DNA of 64,000 nt from a virus, in IMG/VR virus record IMGVR_UViG_3300037155_000096; one strand, 5' to 3'. The position numbers and the translations under genes were made by a program. Within the stretch, counting starts at the first letter, position 1, and every line of letters begins with the position of its first letter. The notes beneath the pieces were generated by a model. That model saw nothing but the letters and a program-made list of their open reading frames with translations, had not been told where the DNA came from and did not search any database. This document shows, one piece after another, positions 38,163 to 47,471 of the stretch.

Positions 38163-38765
38163 TTATAATGCTACATTTACACCGATGAGAGCCCCTAAAT
38201 CCAGGAGTCCCAATTCATCTATATCTCTTGGTGCCAACTCAAGCTCCTGAATGGAAATCGCCGATGAGTTTGCGTCAAAGTCTGCACCCGGCTTGTATCT
38301 TACCGGGATCGTGTCTTTCAAGTACCACGCCTTAAATGGTACTCTCGGATTATCGACCATGCCAATGCCCGTGTGAGCGCCCGTGCTAACGCCTATCGCG
38401 TTGTGAAACCAAACCAGAACCAAATCTCTGCGGAACACTTCTGAATTAGCTTTTCCGCTTGCCGTCATTCGGATCCAATTAAAGAACTCTTTGTCCACCA
38501 CATAAACTGCTCTAGTGAGCGTTATGTTATTAACTGCTGCGCCAATGACCACCCTGATCGCCGTATCCAGCGTTCCTTCGTTTATCTCATCTAACGTCAA
38601 CGTATATTCGGGCATGGTTATCGACTGCGCACCGAGCACCGCCGAATAAGGAAGCCTCAGAGGCAGTAACGCCTCTGAAGCATCATAACCATTTCCAAAT
38701 GACGGGACATCGAAGATCATAAACTTGCTCGACTGAGCAGGATCTGTCAGGTTAGCCCTTGCCAT
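38163..38765 (-). CDS. Second tail tube-like protein (gp19 family)
   Basis: NNITLTRAV...FFNW...RRDLVLV...PVRYKPGADFDANSSAISIQELEL. Confidence 0.8.
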   Translation of the reverse strand: MARANLTDPAQSSKFMIFDVPSFGNGYDASEALLPLRLPYSAVLGAQSITMPEYTLTLDEINEGTLDTAIRVVIGAAVNNITLTRAVYVVDKEFFNWIRMTASGKANSEVFRRDLVLVWFHNAIGVSTGAHTGIGMVDNPRVPFKAWYLKDTIPVRYKPGADFDANSSAISIQELELAPRDIDELGLLDLGALIGVNVAL

Positions 38766-38767
38766 TG

Positions 38768-39256
38768 TTATCCTGTTGCTCTAATGAAGGTTGCGCCACC
38801 ATCATTGCTGAAGCTAAAATCTTCATACTGAATATCCATTTCTTCAACTGAGACGTCATTACCATTCGCATCGAGATCTGCGCCCATCTTAGCGCGGAGT
38901 CCAAACGCTTCATGCAGTATGTACGGCATTTTCGTTCCATCTCTGTGAGTCAACGTGATTGTTACATCAGTCCTGTAAGCTTGTCCAAGGATTGACTTCT
39001 GGACCAAATCAAATAAAGCTGAATCTTTCTTCATCAGCCCTCTTGTCAGGGTACAGTCGTTAACGCCCGGATTACCAGGATATTTCTGTTTAATTTTCAT
39101 TAAACCGGTTTTGTACTCCGCAGCTTCTACCGTAAGCTCGGGGAGCGCGCAGGTCATGAAACCCGCGCTTATCATTTCTCCACTTCCGTCAGGGTTCGGT
39201 ATGCTTACCGAAAACTTGAAGGTCTGGTAGGGATCTGTTGCCAATGCTCTAGCCAC
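38768..39256 (-). CDS. Tail tube protein (T4 gp19-like)
   Basis: DPYQTFKFSV...KYPG...TLTRG...DLDANGNDVSVEEMDIQYE. Confidence 0.9.
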   Translation of the reverse strand: MARALATDPYQTFKFSVSIPNPDGSGEMISAGFMTCALPELTVEAAEYKTGLMKIKQKYPGNPGVNDCTLTRGLMKKDSALFDLVQKSILGQAYRTDVTITLTHRDGTKMPYILHEAFGLRAKMGADLDANGNDVSVEEMDIQYEDFSFSNDGGATFIRATG

Positions 39257-39285
39257 TATTTTATCTCCTTCTACTAATTAAAAAA

Positions 39286-40746
39286 TTATTTCAATGTTTT
39301 CTGTCTTAACCTGTGTCTGATGAATTCAGCGGGTTTCGATGGAGCGATACCATAGTCGATGATAAGCTCGCCGTCGCCTTCCGAATCTTCAGTGTTATTG
39401 CTACCGTCGCATACTATGAAGAAAGACTCTGCTGGTGTTTTGCCTGCAAAATATTTCTCATTATGCCATCCAAGGAACAATGAGTACATCTGAGTGAACA
39501 CTTGCAACTGAAGGTCAGCTGTGTTGTTCTCAAAGTTTACCCACATAGAACCGTTTCCGACCTTTTTCTCAACGAATTGGAAAAGTCTTTCGTGGTTCAC
39601 GTAGATCCACTGAGGATCAAGCGATGTAGTTCTGCAACCCCATACGCATGTGCCGTGAGCACTATCAGAAACAAGTGGATTAACTCTGTTGACGTACAAT
39701 GTACCAACGTCTCCTGGAGTCGTATTGGTTGCCATGGTCGGTGTGAAGCTGAGACCAGTTATACCTCTTATAGCACCATCGATGATTCCTGCAGGGTTCT
39801 TGCCAACGTTCTTGTTAGCATCAGTCCTTGCATAAATACCGGCTATATGTCCGATTGGACTCATGGTCTTTGTTCTTCCCTGGAGTAAATCGTAAACCTT
39901 TACGAACGGCCAGTAACAAGCTGATTTCTGAGAATTGGTTACTGTTTTCCTGAAAGCCACAGCTGCTGCAACTGTAGAAGTGACCAATGTCGGAGAATAA
40001 GGAACAAATACATCCCGTCTTCCTTCTGCGTATGTAATCAATGCACTTGTAGTAGCTGCATCGGTTGCGTCAGGAGCGATCAGTAAATAATTCGAATCTA
40101 CACAAGCATCAAATCTGCTTGCGCCGACTACCAAAGCAGCCTGGATTTCGGTTAAGCCGATTGCTGCACCATCGTTTCCGTTCGCCAAGGTATATACTGC
40201 CGCTACTGCTGAGCCTGTACCGGTTATATTTACTATCTGGCAAGCTGGATTCAGGAGATTCGCTACATAATTTGCCGCAGTGGTTTCACCGGACTCAAAT
40301 GTTACGTTCTCATACTTGTCTGCGACATTTCCGGAAGCATCCTTGATAGTGACATCAAAATGTGCGGATGTGTCGGCATTGGCAACAAGCGTAACGGTGT
40401 AGCCATTATACTTAGTACCTTTATTAACGGCTTTAATTGTCCAGCCTGTCATGGCTGTTGAATCAGCCTGTCTGGCGCCAACAGATGTTATTCTGAGGGG
40501 CAGAACTGTCTGACCGCCGTTATCAAAAAATCCTTTAATGGCATAGCCATTTTCAGATGTAGTGTTCAGACCGCCGTAATTTCTGTCGAATTCAGCCCAA
40601 CTGTTTACTGCTACGGGGACACCACTGTCCGGACCGTCAGTAAAATAGCCGGGAACCATTAAGGTTGCAGTCGCTACTCCCTGGACAGGTGTTGAGCCAC
40701 CAGGAAGCCTTTCGAAATATTGACCTGCGCCAAGATACTTACTCAT
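39286..40746 (-). CDS. Tail sheath protein
   Basis: YWPFVKV, SPIGHIAGIYARTD, CVWGCRT and PSKPAEFI sheath motifs. Confidence 0.95.
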   Translation of the reverse strand: MSKYLGAGQYFERLPGGSTPVQGVATATLMVPGYFTDGPDSGVPVAVNSWAEFDRNYGGLNTTSENGYAIKGFFDNGGQTVLPLRITSVGARQADSTAMTGWTIKAVNKGTKYNGYTVTLVANADTSAHFDVTIKDASGNVADKYENVTFESGETTAANYVANLLNPACQIVNITGTGSAVAAVYTLANGNDGAAIGLTEIQAALVVGASRFDACVDSNYLLIAPDATDAATTSALITYAEGRRDVFVPYSPTLVTSTVAAAVAFRKTVTNSQKSACYWPFVKVYDLLQGRTKTMSPIGHIAGIYARTDANKNVGKNPAGIIDGAIRGITGLSFTPTMATNTTPGDVGTLYVNRVNPLVSDSAHGTCVWGCRTTSLDPQWIYVNHERLFQFVEKKVGNGSMWVNFENNTADLQLQVFTQMYSLFLGWHNEKYFAGKTPAESFFIVCDGSNNTEDSEGDGELIIDYGIAPSKPAEFIRHRLRQKTLK

Positions 40747-41282
40747 GTTGTTTCTCCATTATTTATTAGATTATTCTCTTTTAGCCATTTCGTCAGGACC
40801 TCTACCATCCCCGCCTTATTGGCGCCGGGCTGAAAAGTAATTCCCTTCAATTCTGCAAATTCTTTCAGAGTATTTTTTGTCTCTCTCACGAAGAACTGTT
40901 CCCACTCTTCCTGAGTCTTTGCCAGAAACACTTCTGGCTCTTTAATTTCTTTTTCTTCTGCATTCACAACTTCATTCAGTGCTTCTGCTGCTTCGAATGT
41001 CTCATCAATCAGGATCTCTTCAGCTTTAGGGACGATTATCAACCTTGGCGGATTGTCCTTGATTTCAACTGGCTGCGGCACGGGTTCGATTGTTATCGCA
41101 TTCGCGTCAAACTCACCCGAGATTACTACGTAATGTTTTCCGTTGCTGTAGTCCGGATTCAATTCCTCGAATGACACCTGATTCGTTTTAACATGGATCA
41201 CTCCATTCAGTCCAACCGGAATCCCCTTCTTGTCCATAGTATTTACGAACAGCGCGGAATCACTTATATTCATTATCTTCAT
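40743..41282 (-). CDS. Hypothetical protein with C-terminal HeH/Rho-N-like motif
   Basis: TKNTLKEFAELKGI...KAGMVEVL helix-extension-helix pattern. Confidence 0.55.
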   Translation of the reverse strand: MKIMNISDSALFVNTMDKKGIPVGLNGVIHVKTNQVSFEELNPDYSNGKHYVVISGEFDANAITIEPVPQPVEIKDNPPRLIIVPKAEEILIDETFEAAEALNEVVNAEEKEIKEPEVFLAKTQEEWEQFFVRETKNTLKEFAELKGITFQPGANKAGMVEVLTKWLKENNLINNGETT

Positions 41283-41291
41283 TGCATATCC

Positions 41292-42254
41292 TTATATAAT
41301 CACGAAGTCTATTTCTGTACCCGCCGGAATGTCCATGTGGAACGAAACATGCGAGGTATCTTCTTCTTTATAATCGCCGAGCTTGCCAGCACTATCTGGT
41401 CTCAGGTATTCATTGTCCACAAATACAAGCAGTGACGTTTTCAGACCAGCCGATAGCTGGTAGTCCATTGGGACAGTAACTAAGGTATCTTGTCTGATCG
41501 GTTCCAGAACTTCTATCCTGGCTCTGCTTCCCGAACCTCCTATTACTCCCCGATTAGCTTTGACTACATAGGGTAAACGTGGCGGGGTTACTCCTGGCTG
41601 AGCTGGATCCATCAGACCGCCTCTTAAAGCAACCTGTCTGATAATCTTACCCTCGACTTCTTCGTCCCATATATCAACTTCTGCCTGCACCATAACTGTA
41701 ATGCCCCATCCGATGACTCTGTTCGTAAGGCTTGCTACTTCATCCAGTTTACTGCTTCCAGTATAGAACGCTGAATAAGTTCTGCCTATTCCCAAACTGT
41801 CAACAACCGATATGCTAACGTCCCTCAGTATCGGTTTCATTACTGAACTATAAAACTTCTGCGCCAGATCCCTATAACGGTCGTACACATTGATCGTATA
41901 CGTAATGTCGCAGGCTGATGCTGCCTTCTTCGATAGATAAGACGTATATCCTATCTGACCGCCTATAGCTATTGCCTCAGCTCCTGGAGACGGAACCCTG
42001 TATTCAAGTTTCCCGCGATTAGATCTCGCAGGACTGAAATCAGGATCATCTCTGGATATGGTCATGCATGGAATTATTCCAGCCTTCAACATCTGCTCTG
42101 GATTCTCAAACGAAACGGGTATATTCGGCGTGAGACCGTCAATGTTCAGCACGAAGGATTTCCCGAGGACCGTTGCCCCCAGAGATTTCACCAAACCGAC
42201 ATCGAAGGTCTCAAGTCCCACATAACCGATTCTATTTCCAAATACAGTGCTCAT
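41292..42254 (-). CDS. Tail terminator / completion protein
   Basis: Position before the sheath; CDITYTINVY-type fold pattern. Confidence 0.55.
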   Translation of the reverse strand: MSTVFGNRIGYVGLETFDVGLVKSLGATVLGKSFVLNIDGLTPNIPVSFENPEQMLKAGIIPCMTISRDDPDFSPARSNRGKLEYRVPSPGAEAIAIGGQIGYTSYLSKKAASACDITYTINVYDRYRDLAQKFYSSVMKPILRDVSISVVDSLGIGRTYSAFYTGSSKLDEVASLTNRVIGWGITVMVQAEVDIWDEEVEGKIIRQVALRGGLMDPAQPGVTPPRLPYVVKANRGVIGGSGSRARIEVLEPIRQDTLVTVPMDYQLSAGLKTSLLVFVDNEYLRPDSAGKLGDYKEEDTSHVSFHMDIPAGTEIDFVII

Positions 42255-43018
42255 TATCCGTTCAGTTTCTCAATTATTTTTCCAAAATTTTCCAGTACAT
42301 TTTCAAAATTTGAAGCTGCTGCTGTAACTGTCTTAGCAAACTTTCCCTTTACTCTCTGCTGTGCCCTATTCGGTGAGCCCCATTTCTTATGGTTCGCATT
42401 GATGCTCTTCAAATAAAGCTTGCCGGTCTTAGGATGCTTCTTTATCCATCTACGTTTTCCATACAATGACCATACTGTCGCATTAGGCTTGCCTAGAACG
42501 GGGAATCTTCCATTAGCTCCGTGCCATGGATTATCTTCACCCAGCTTATTTTTTGCTAATTTTTCTTTGACTTTTTTTTTATCAATTTTGCATTCAGCCA
42601 CGCCTTCAGGAACGATGTTATATTCGTTGCCGTCTTCATCTGTAGCGATACAGAAGGTTGCTTTGCATGAGCTGACAGTCAGCATAGTGTCATCATCCAG
42701 TTCAATTTCATCGCCGACCTGAAGTGTCAGATAGTCTTCCTGGCTGATCTGCAGTGTTTCTTCATCGACCTCATCATCGTTAGGATCTACGTCTGAAACA
42801 ATCTGGACTTCATCCCCGTCCTCATCTTCCGCCGTAATAGTGTCATCCTCGACTTTCTTTACGGTAAGAATCGTTCCGTCGTCCAATTCAACTCCGTCGC
42901 CTACTCCTAACTGTTCAAAATCTTCTGCCGGGATCGACATGGTTAATTCGTCCAACGCTTTTCTGTTTTTGAGTTCTGCAAAGTTCATCTCATTTCTCCT
43001 AAATAATTTTCTTTTCAA
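42254..43018 (-). CDS. Hypothetical virion protein with duplicated acidic domain and basic tail
   Basis: Two ~46-aa repeats (..GDGVELDDGTILTV..; ..GDEIELDDDTMLTV..) then NPWHGANGRF and a Lys-rich region. Confidence 0.7.
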   Translation of the reverse strand: MKRKLFRRNEMNFAELKNRKALDELTMSIPAEDFEQLGVGDGVELDDGTILTVKKVEDDTITAEDEDGDEVQIVSDVDPNDDEVDEETLQISQEDYLTLQVGDEIELDDDTMLTVSSCKATFCIATDEDGNEYNIVPEGVAECKIDKKKVKEKLAKNKLGEDNPWHGANGRFPVLGKPNATVWSLYGKRRWIKKHPKTGKLYLKSINANHKKWGSPNRAQQRVKGKFAKTVTAAASNFENVLENFGKIIEKLNG

Positions 43019-43739
43019 AGTCTTTTAATTCTTCCACCTTCTTCTCGTCGATGGTGTTGAGCATCTTGGCTCTATTTAACTTACCTTCACCAAATAATTC
43101 GTTGTTCGTGACCGCCTTATCCGCAAACCGCTTAATCTCTTTTGCCACCTTCGCCCAATGAGGTCTGTGAGGATACCCAGGCAAGCCGTATTCGAGCCTT
43201 AGCAGAGAGAACAGTACATCTACATGCACTTCCTTGATTCTATTCAGCTGACCGTCATGCTTAACTCTTAATTCGTTCAGCGTCTCCCTGGTTGTCAGGT
43301 TATCTTCGAGCACCTCTTCTCTTTCGAACTTGGTAGCTCTTCTCATAACCGGCTCAATGCCTTCTGGAATCTCCGTTACAAATCCAATTACAAAGGGACT
43401 GTTGACTATCAGGAAATCACCGTATGGTGAAACTTTGTTCGGATCTTTCTGAACGAATACGAGAACATCTATCTCTTTATTCAAGTTTCCGGAACTCATT
43501 ATCAGCTCATTCGAGATCAGAGCTGAGTCATTCGTTCCTTCCACACTTACCACTTCCAATGTTTCCAAGTAATGCTTGAACTCTGGATCTAACACTGATC
43601 TGAATACCTCTTCCATCGCCATTTCGGCAACGTCTTGTGTCACTAATTGTAAGAACTGATCCATCCTTTTATCGAACTTCTTAGCGAAGTCCTTAAACCG
43701 CCTGACCTCTTTCTGGTCAAGTTTCATTTCAAATTTCAA
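42999..43739 (-). CDS. Neck / tail completion protein
   Basis: LRLEYGLPGYPHRPHW motif of neck proteins. Confidence 0.55.
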   Translation of the reverse strand: MKFEMKLDQKEVRRFKDFAKKFDKRMDQFLQLVTQDVAEMAMEEVFRSVLDPEFKHYLETLEVVSVEGTNDSALISNELIMSSGNLNKEIDVLVFVQKDPNKVSPYGDFLIVNSPFVIGFVTEIPEGIEPVMRRATKFEREEVLEDNLTTRETLNELRVKHDGQLNRIKEVHVDVLFSLLRLEYGLPGYPHRPHWAKVAKEIKRFADKAVTNNELFGEGKLNRAKMLNTIDEKKVEELKDFEKKII

Positions 43740-43741
43740 TG

Positions 43742-44248
43742 CTATTTCGCCAGATATTTTGCGTAAACTTTATCTCTGATCGCTTTAATGAACTCCGCTC
43801 CCTGCAACTGCATCAACGGGGCCAGAGCTTTATTAAGTCCGCTTATCTTTGATAGCTGACCAGCTGCCGAGGAACTACCGCTTTTCATCCCCATGGACAT
43901 TTCTTTCTTGGCATCCTTAACAACATCGCCAGCTTTGGCATCTTTACCGTTGGCTGCTTTAATGTCATCGACACTGTAGCCGGTGGCTCTTTTCAAATAC
44001 GCTTTGAATACCTGAGTAACTCCGCCGTATGCTTTGCCGTCGCCCTTGATTGTATCGGGATCTTTATCACCGACATATCTTGCAACTGCTGCCCACCATA
44101 TAGCTTCATAGCCCTTTACCCATGATGGAGGCTTTATTTCACTTTTAATTTCTTCCGCTAAGGACTTGCGTAGTTTGATACCTGCTATGGTATCTTCAAG
44201 TATTACGTTTAGCCCAGCCGTCGCACTCAATGCTTCGAATTCCTTCAT
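43742..44248 (-). CDS. Hypothetical (possible internal head protein)
   Basis: 168 aa, Lys/Ala-rich, with ILE/LAE sites near the N-terminus. Confidence 0.6.
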   Translation of the reverse strand: MKEFEALSATAGLNVILEDTIAGIKLRKSLAEEIKSEIKPPSWVKGYEAIWWAAVARYVGDKDPDTIKGDGKAYGGVTQVFKAYLKRATGYSVDDIKAANGKDAKAGDVVKDAKKEMSMGMKSGSSSAAGQLSKISGLNKALAPLMQLQGAEFIKAIRDKVYAKYLAK

Positions 44249-44802
44249 CTCAATTTCTCCGATATGTTTTCAATGACCTCGGTAAGCGCAATATTCAATT
44301 TCAGTATCGAACGGTCCTCATCAATTTTTCTTAATCTCATCAGGGAATTCTGTAAGTACGTTAACAGTCTTTCTGAGCTCTCCATTCTGGAGATTCTCTT
44401 GAGGGCTTTATTCTTTGTGAAGTTATCTACCTTGCTCTCCTGTAAAACATTCATAGACGCCGAAACAATCGCTTGTGGGGCAGCTCCTTCCTTAGCCAAC
44501 TGAGAACTGATCTTCCAAAGGCTCTCAAAAGCATTCAAATGGGTTTGCAGACTTTCTACTTCGACTTTAGCAATGAAGCTATTCGCATCCATTTTAATAA
44601 ACTGATCTATTCCGACCGCCTTGAACGTGTCGAGAATATGCTTGCTTTCGAATTCTTCTTTTTCTACTGGCCTGATTTCAAACTCTGAGAAACCGCCTAC
44701 TTCCTTGCCGGATTCAAACTTTGCAGCCAATCGGTTGAACTTGTCTGACCTGCAGACGACTCCATACCCATATTTACCGTGATGAACTACCGTTCCTATC
44801 AT
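44245..44802 (-). CDS. Hypothetical protein
   Basis: 185-aa ORF overlapping its neighbour. Confidence 0.65.
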   Translation of the reverse strand: MIGTVVHHGKYGYGVVCRSDKFNRLAAKFESGKEVGGFSEFEIRPVEKEEFESKHILDTFKAVGIDQFIKMDANSFIAKVEVESLQTHLNAFESLWKISSQLAKEGAAPQAIVSASMNVLQESKVDNFTKNKALKRISRMESSERLLTYLQNSLMRLRKIDEDRSILKLNIALTEVIENISEKLR

Positions 44803-44818
44803 ACCATTACTCTCCTTG

Positions 44819-45328
44819 TTACCAAGAAATATTATCTATTTTGGTTTTTCCGTATGCCGAGACGGCTTTTGTAATTACTTTTGTTATTTGCTTTTTCGCT
44901 TTCAGAAGTGCTTTCTTCAAGTCTCCCTCAAAATCCAGATCTATTCTCTCAAGAATATTTATGCTTCTGCCGCCATAGGACGGGGAACTCATCTTGGGAT
45001 TGCTTGGACCGGATATTCCATCTACTGCTCTTAGATCCGCATATTGAAACGCTTGGTTAGCTTGCGTACTGTAAGGTGTGTCGGCAGCTCCCTTGATATA
45101 CAACTGTCCGCCTATTTTGATTGGCTTAACGAAGCCCGTGCCGGTGAAATCATAGCCGTCTTTTTTCATGCTGTAACAGAAATCCGCATACATGCTTCTG
45201 ACTATGAATGCCTCAAAGTCCCGGTAGGATTCGACCCCCGAAGAGTCCATACTTGAAACGGCTTTAGCCATATCGCATTCAACTAATGCTATGGCATCTC
45301 CGAGCTTCTTGTTCAATTCTTCTAACAT
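44819..45328 (-). CDS. Hypothetical protein
   Basis: 169-aa ORF at the start of a sub-operon. Confidence 0.65.
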   Translation of the reverse strand: MLEELNKKLGDAIALVECDMAKAVSSMDSSGVESYRDFEAFIVRSMYADFCYSMKKDGYDFTGTGFVKPIKIGGQLYIKGAADTPYSTQANQAFQYADLRAVDGISGPSNPKMSSPSYGGRSINILERIDLDFEGDLKKALLKAKKQITKVITKAVSAYGKTKIDNISW

Positions 45329-45514
45329 CGCGCTGTCCCTGTAAATCGTTAACTTATCGTTCGCATATATTCGTTCTTCGCTATAACAAAATTGATTAAA
45401 TGCTATTGCTTACGCAACGAAACCATGACTGATGTTGCCACTATGTCTCTTAACATTGACCATAATCGGTCATCCATGACAAAAAGGAAAATGTTCAGTC
45501 CGAAATTGATTGCA

Positions 45515-46003
45515 CTATGGATTTACTCTAAGTGCAGGTACAAACTTGCCGTTGAATACTAAACTGATGTCATAAAACGTGAAACAATCATCATCATCAG
45601 CGTAAAATCCACTTCTTGACACATCATCTATATCCCAATAACCGAAAGTTGCATTGGAAATTATATCCCCTCGTTTCGGCGCTGGTATTATATTCTCGGG
45701 ATCAGCCAGCAGGAACTTTCTTGCTATTTGTACTGATAAACTCTTGGAAAACTGAGCACCATTCTCATCGGGCATCTGATCGCTTGACGGATTCTGAAAC
45801 AGTGCCGGGATGCCTTCATACGGTGTCGTCTTCCAGTCCGCGCTCCTCGATGACTCTCCATACAAAATGGAAACCTCGTCTACGCCGATACTCTCCTGAA
45901 TATTAACCGAGTGAAGAGTGCAGAAATCTCCGGACAGTCTGATTATCTCATCTGCCAGGTCATTTCTATACGCTCTTTCGAAGTCAGTTACTAGCCTGCC
46001 CAT
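45515..46003 (-). CDS. Head closure / neck protein (gp14-like)
   Basis: LYGE...PKRGDII...GYWDIDDV. Confidence 0.65.
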   Translation of the reverse strand: MGRLVTDFERAYRNDLADEIIRLSGDFCTLHSVNIQESIGVDEVSILYGESSRSADWKTTPYEGIPALFQNPSSDQMPDENGAQFSKSLSVQIARKFLLADPENIIPAPKRGDIISNATFGYWDIDDVSRSGFYADDDDCFTFYDISLVFNGKFVPALRVNP

Positions 46004-46136
46004 TGTTCATGCTCTGGATTATTCTCGTTAATTCTTTAGATAGCTTGCGTATCTTTTTTCTTCTCAATCCTGGTCCTTTAATCGGCATGACCACACCAGG
46101 AGCGATTGTCATGCTTATATCTTCTGTCGTTTTCAT
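45984..46136 (-). CDS. Small basic protein (50 aa, not in ORF track)
   Basis: MKTTEDISMTIAPGVVMPIKGPGLRRKKIRKLSKELTRIIQSMNNGQASN*; fills the gap exactly between the neck genes. Confidence 0.6.
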   Translation of the reverse strand: MKTTEDISMTIAPGVVMPIKGPGLRRKKIRKLSKELTRIIQSMNNGQASN

Positions 46137-46137
46137 A

Positions 46138-46881
46138 TTAACCTATCATTATTGGCATTGGATCTTGCGTATTGAAGACATCTTGCTCTAACTGTTCAAG
46201 TGAAGCGCGTGCTTCATCCAGTAATGCCTGTCCGTCCATACTCGTTCCGCCACCGGGAAGAGCCATGTCCCCGAACTTGCTTCTTTTCCTTCCCACAATT
46301 TGTTTTCCAAATGCTTCCACCACATCAAGCAGGATCTCCTGATCTCTTGCCTGAAGCACATCCCAGTTATCATTGGCAGTGAAGCTGTTGGAGACGTATT
46401 TCAATTCAGCTAAACCCTGTACTGTCGGAACCGGATGCAGTATCATCTCTCCTGGGGAGTTTTCACTTCTTCTTGTCAGGTCAATCTTAATTTCCGGATC
46501 GCAGCCGTAAGCGATTTGTCTGATCCTCGATGCCTGACTGAATAAAATCATATCAGATGCATTTCCTGGTAGCATATCATAGTCACTCATAAGAGCAAAA
46601 GGCATGGTAATCGGGTTTAGGTCGAGTCCGAGTTTCGGGGGGATCCAGTCTTCCATAGTTTTGAAGTCTGCTGGCAACTTATAATTAGTCACTCCCACCA
46701 TGACTAATACATGGGCGGTCTTGGTGACTCCCTTTCTGGCAATCCACCAACGATACGTATCATCGAGGATCTCAGTCCAGTCATCATCATCTATCTCCAC
46801 CTTAACTAACTGATTTCCCAGTCTCCTTAAAACCTTGGTTTTAATCCACGCTTCTGTGGTAGGAACTTCTTCATCTGCCAT
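46138..46881 (-). CDS. Head-tail adaptor / neck protein (gp13-like)
   Basis: VLRRLG..LVKVEI...GRKRSKF..MALPGGGTSMDGQALLDEA. Confidence 0.8.
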   Translation of the reverse strand: MADEEVPTTEAWIKTKVLRRLGNQLVKVEIDDDDWTEILDDTYRWWIARKGVTKTAHVLVMVGVTNYKLPADFKTMEDWIPPKLGLDLNPITMPFALMSDYDMLPGNASDMILFSQASRIRQIAYGCDPEIKIDLTRRSENSPGEMILHPVPTVQGLAELKYVSNSFTANDNWDVLQARDQEILLDVVEAFGKQIVGRKRSKFGDMALPGGGTSMDGQALLDEARASLEQLEQDVFNTQDPMPIMIG

Positions 46882-46926
46882 GATTTCTCCGTAAAATGAA
46901 ATGGCTCGTCCAGCGAGCCACTTTAA

Positions 46927-47379
46927 TTATCTGTTTCTTTTGGCTTTGGTAATCTTTGTCTTGATTACTTCAGTTACTGCCGGATCGGCAATCACTTCAG
47001 GGGAATCCAGAACTTCTTTCAGAATTCTTTCATCTTCTTCTTCAAGTATACTCTGAACGCTTGTTTCAGGTACTTCATCAGCTGGGACAATCACGTCGGC
47101 TGAAACGACTACAGGAACTTCCACTGGAATTTCAATAGGCGATTCGACTACTTCAACCACTACGGGTTCTTCAGTAATGACAATCCCTGTACCTGTTTCA
47201 GGAAGATCTTCTGTGAGCAACTTGCTCTGATCCTCATCTTTCACTTCCTCAAGGAACTCCGGGCAATATCTTGCAAACCTTGCACCGGTTAAAACTCTAT
47301 TCGGATCGGTTAGTGTTGAGCCATCAGGCAGATACACTATTCCAGCTAGATCTCTTCTTTTTCTATATTGATTGCTCAT
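46927..47379 (-). CDS. Hypothetical protein, acidic Val/Pro-rich tail
   Basis: 150-aa ORF after the capsid terminator. Confidence 0.6.
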   Translation of the reverse strand: MSNQYRKRRDLAGIVYLPDGSTLTDPNRVLTGARFARYCPEFLEEVKDEDQSKLLTEDLPETGTGIVITEEPVVVEVVESPIEIPVEVPVVVSADVIVPADEVPETSVQSILEEEDERILKEVLDSPEVIADPAVTEVIKTKITKAKRNR

Positions 47380-47417
47380 TATTCTTTTCCTTCAATTTAT
47401 TATCATATTATTTCCGA

Positions 47418-47450
47418 TAAAAAAAATGGACGGAGGTTTAGCTCCGCCCA
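47418..47450 (-). terminator. Rho-independent terminator after the major capsid gene
   Basis: GGGCGGAG-CTAAAC-CTCCGTCC followed by a T8 tract. Confidence 0.85.
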
Positions 47451-47471
47451 TCTGCACGAACGAAGTAACGA

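Noticed and set aside
26657-41282. Extracellular contractile injection system (PVC/Afp) rather than phage
   Set aside because: Portal, capsid, protease and terminase genes are contiguous, so this is a phage tail.
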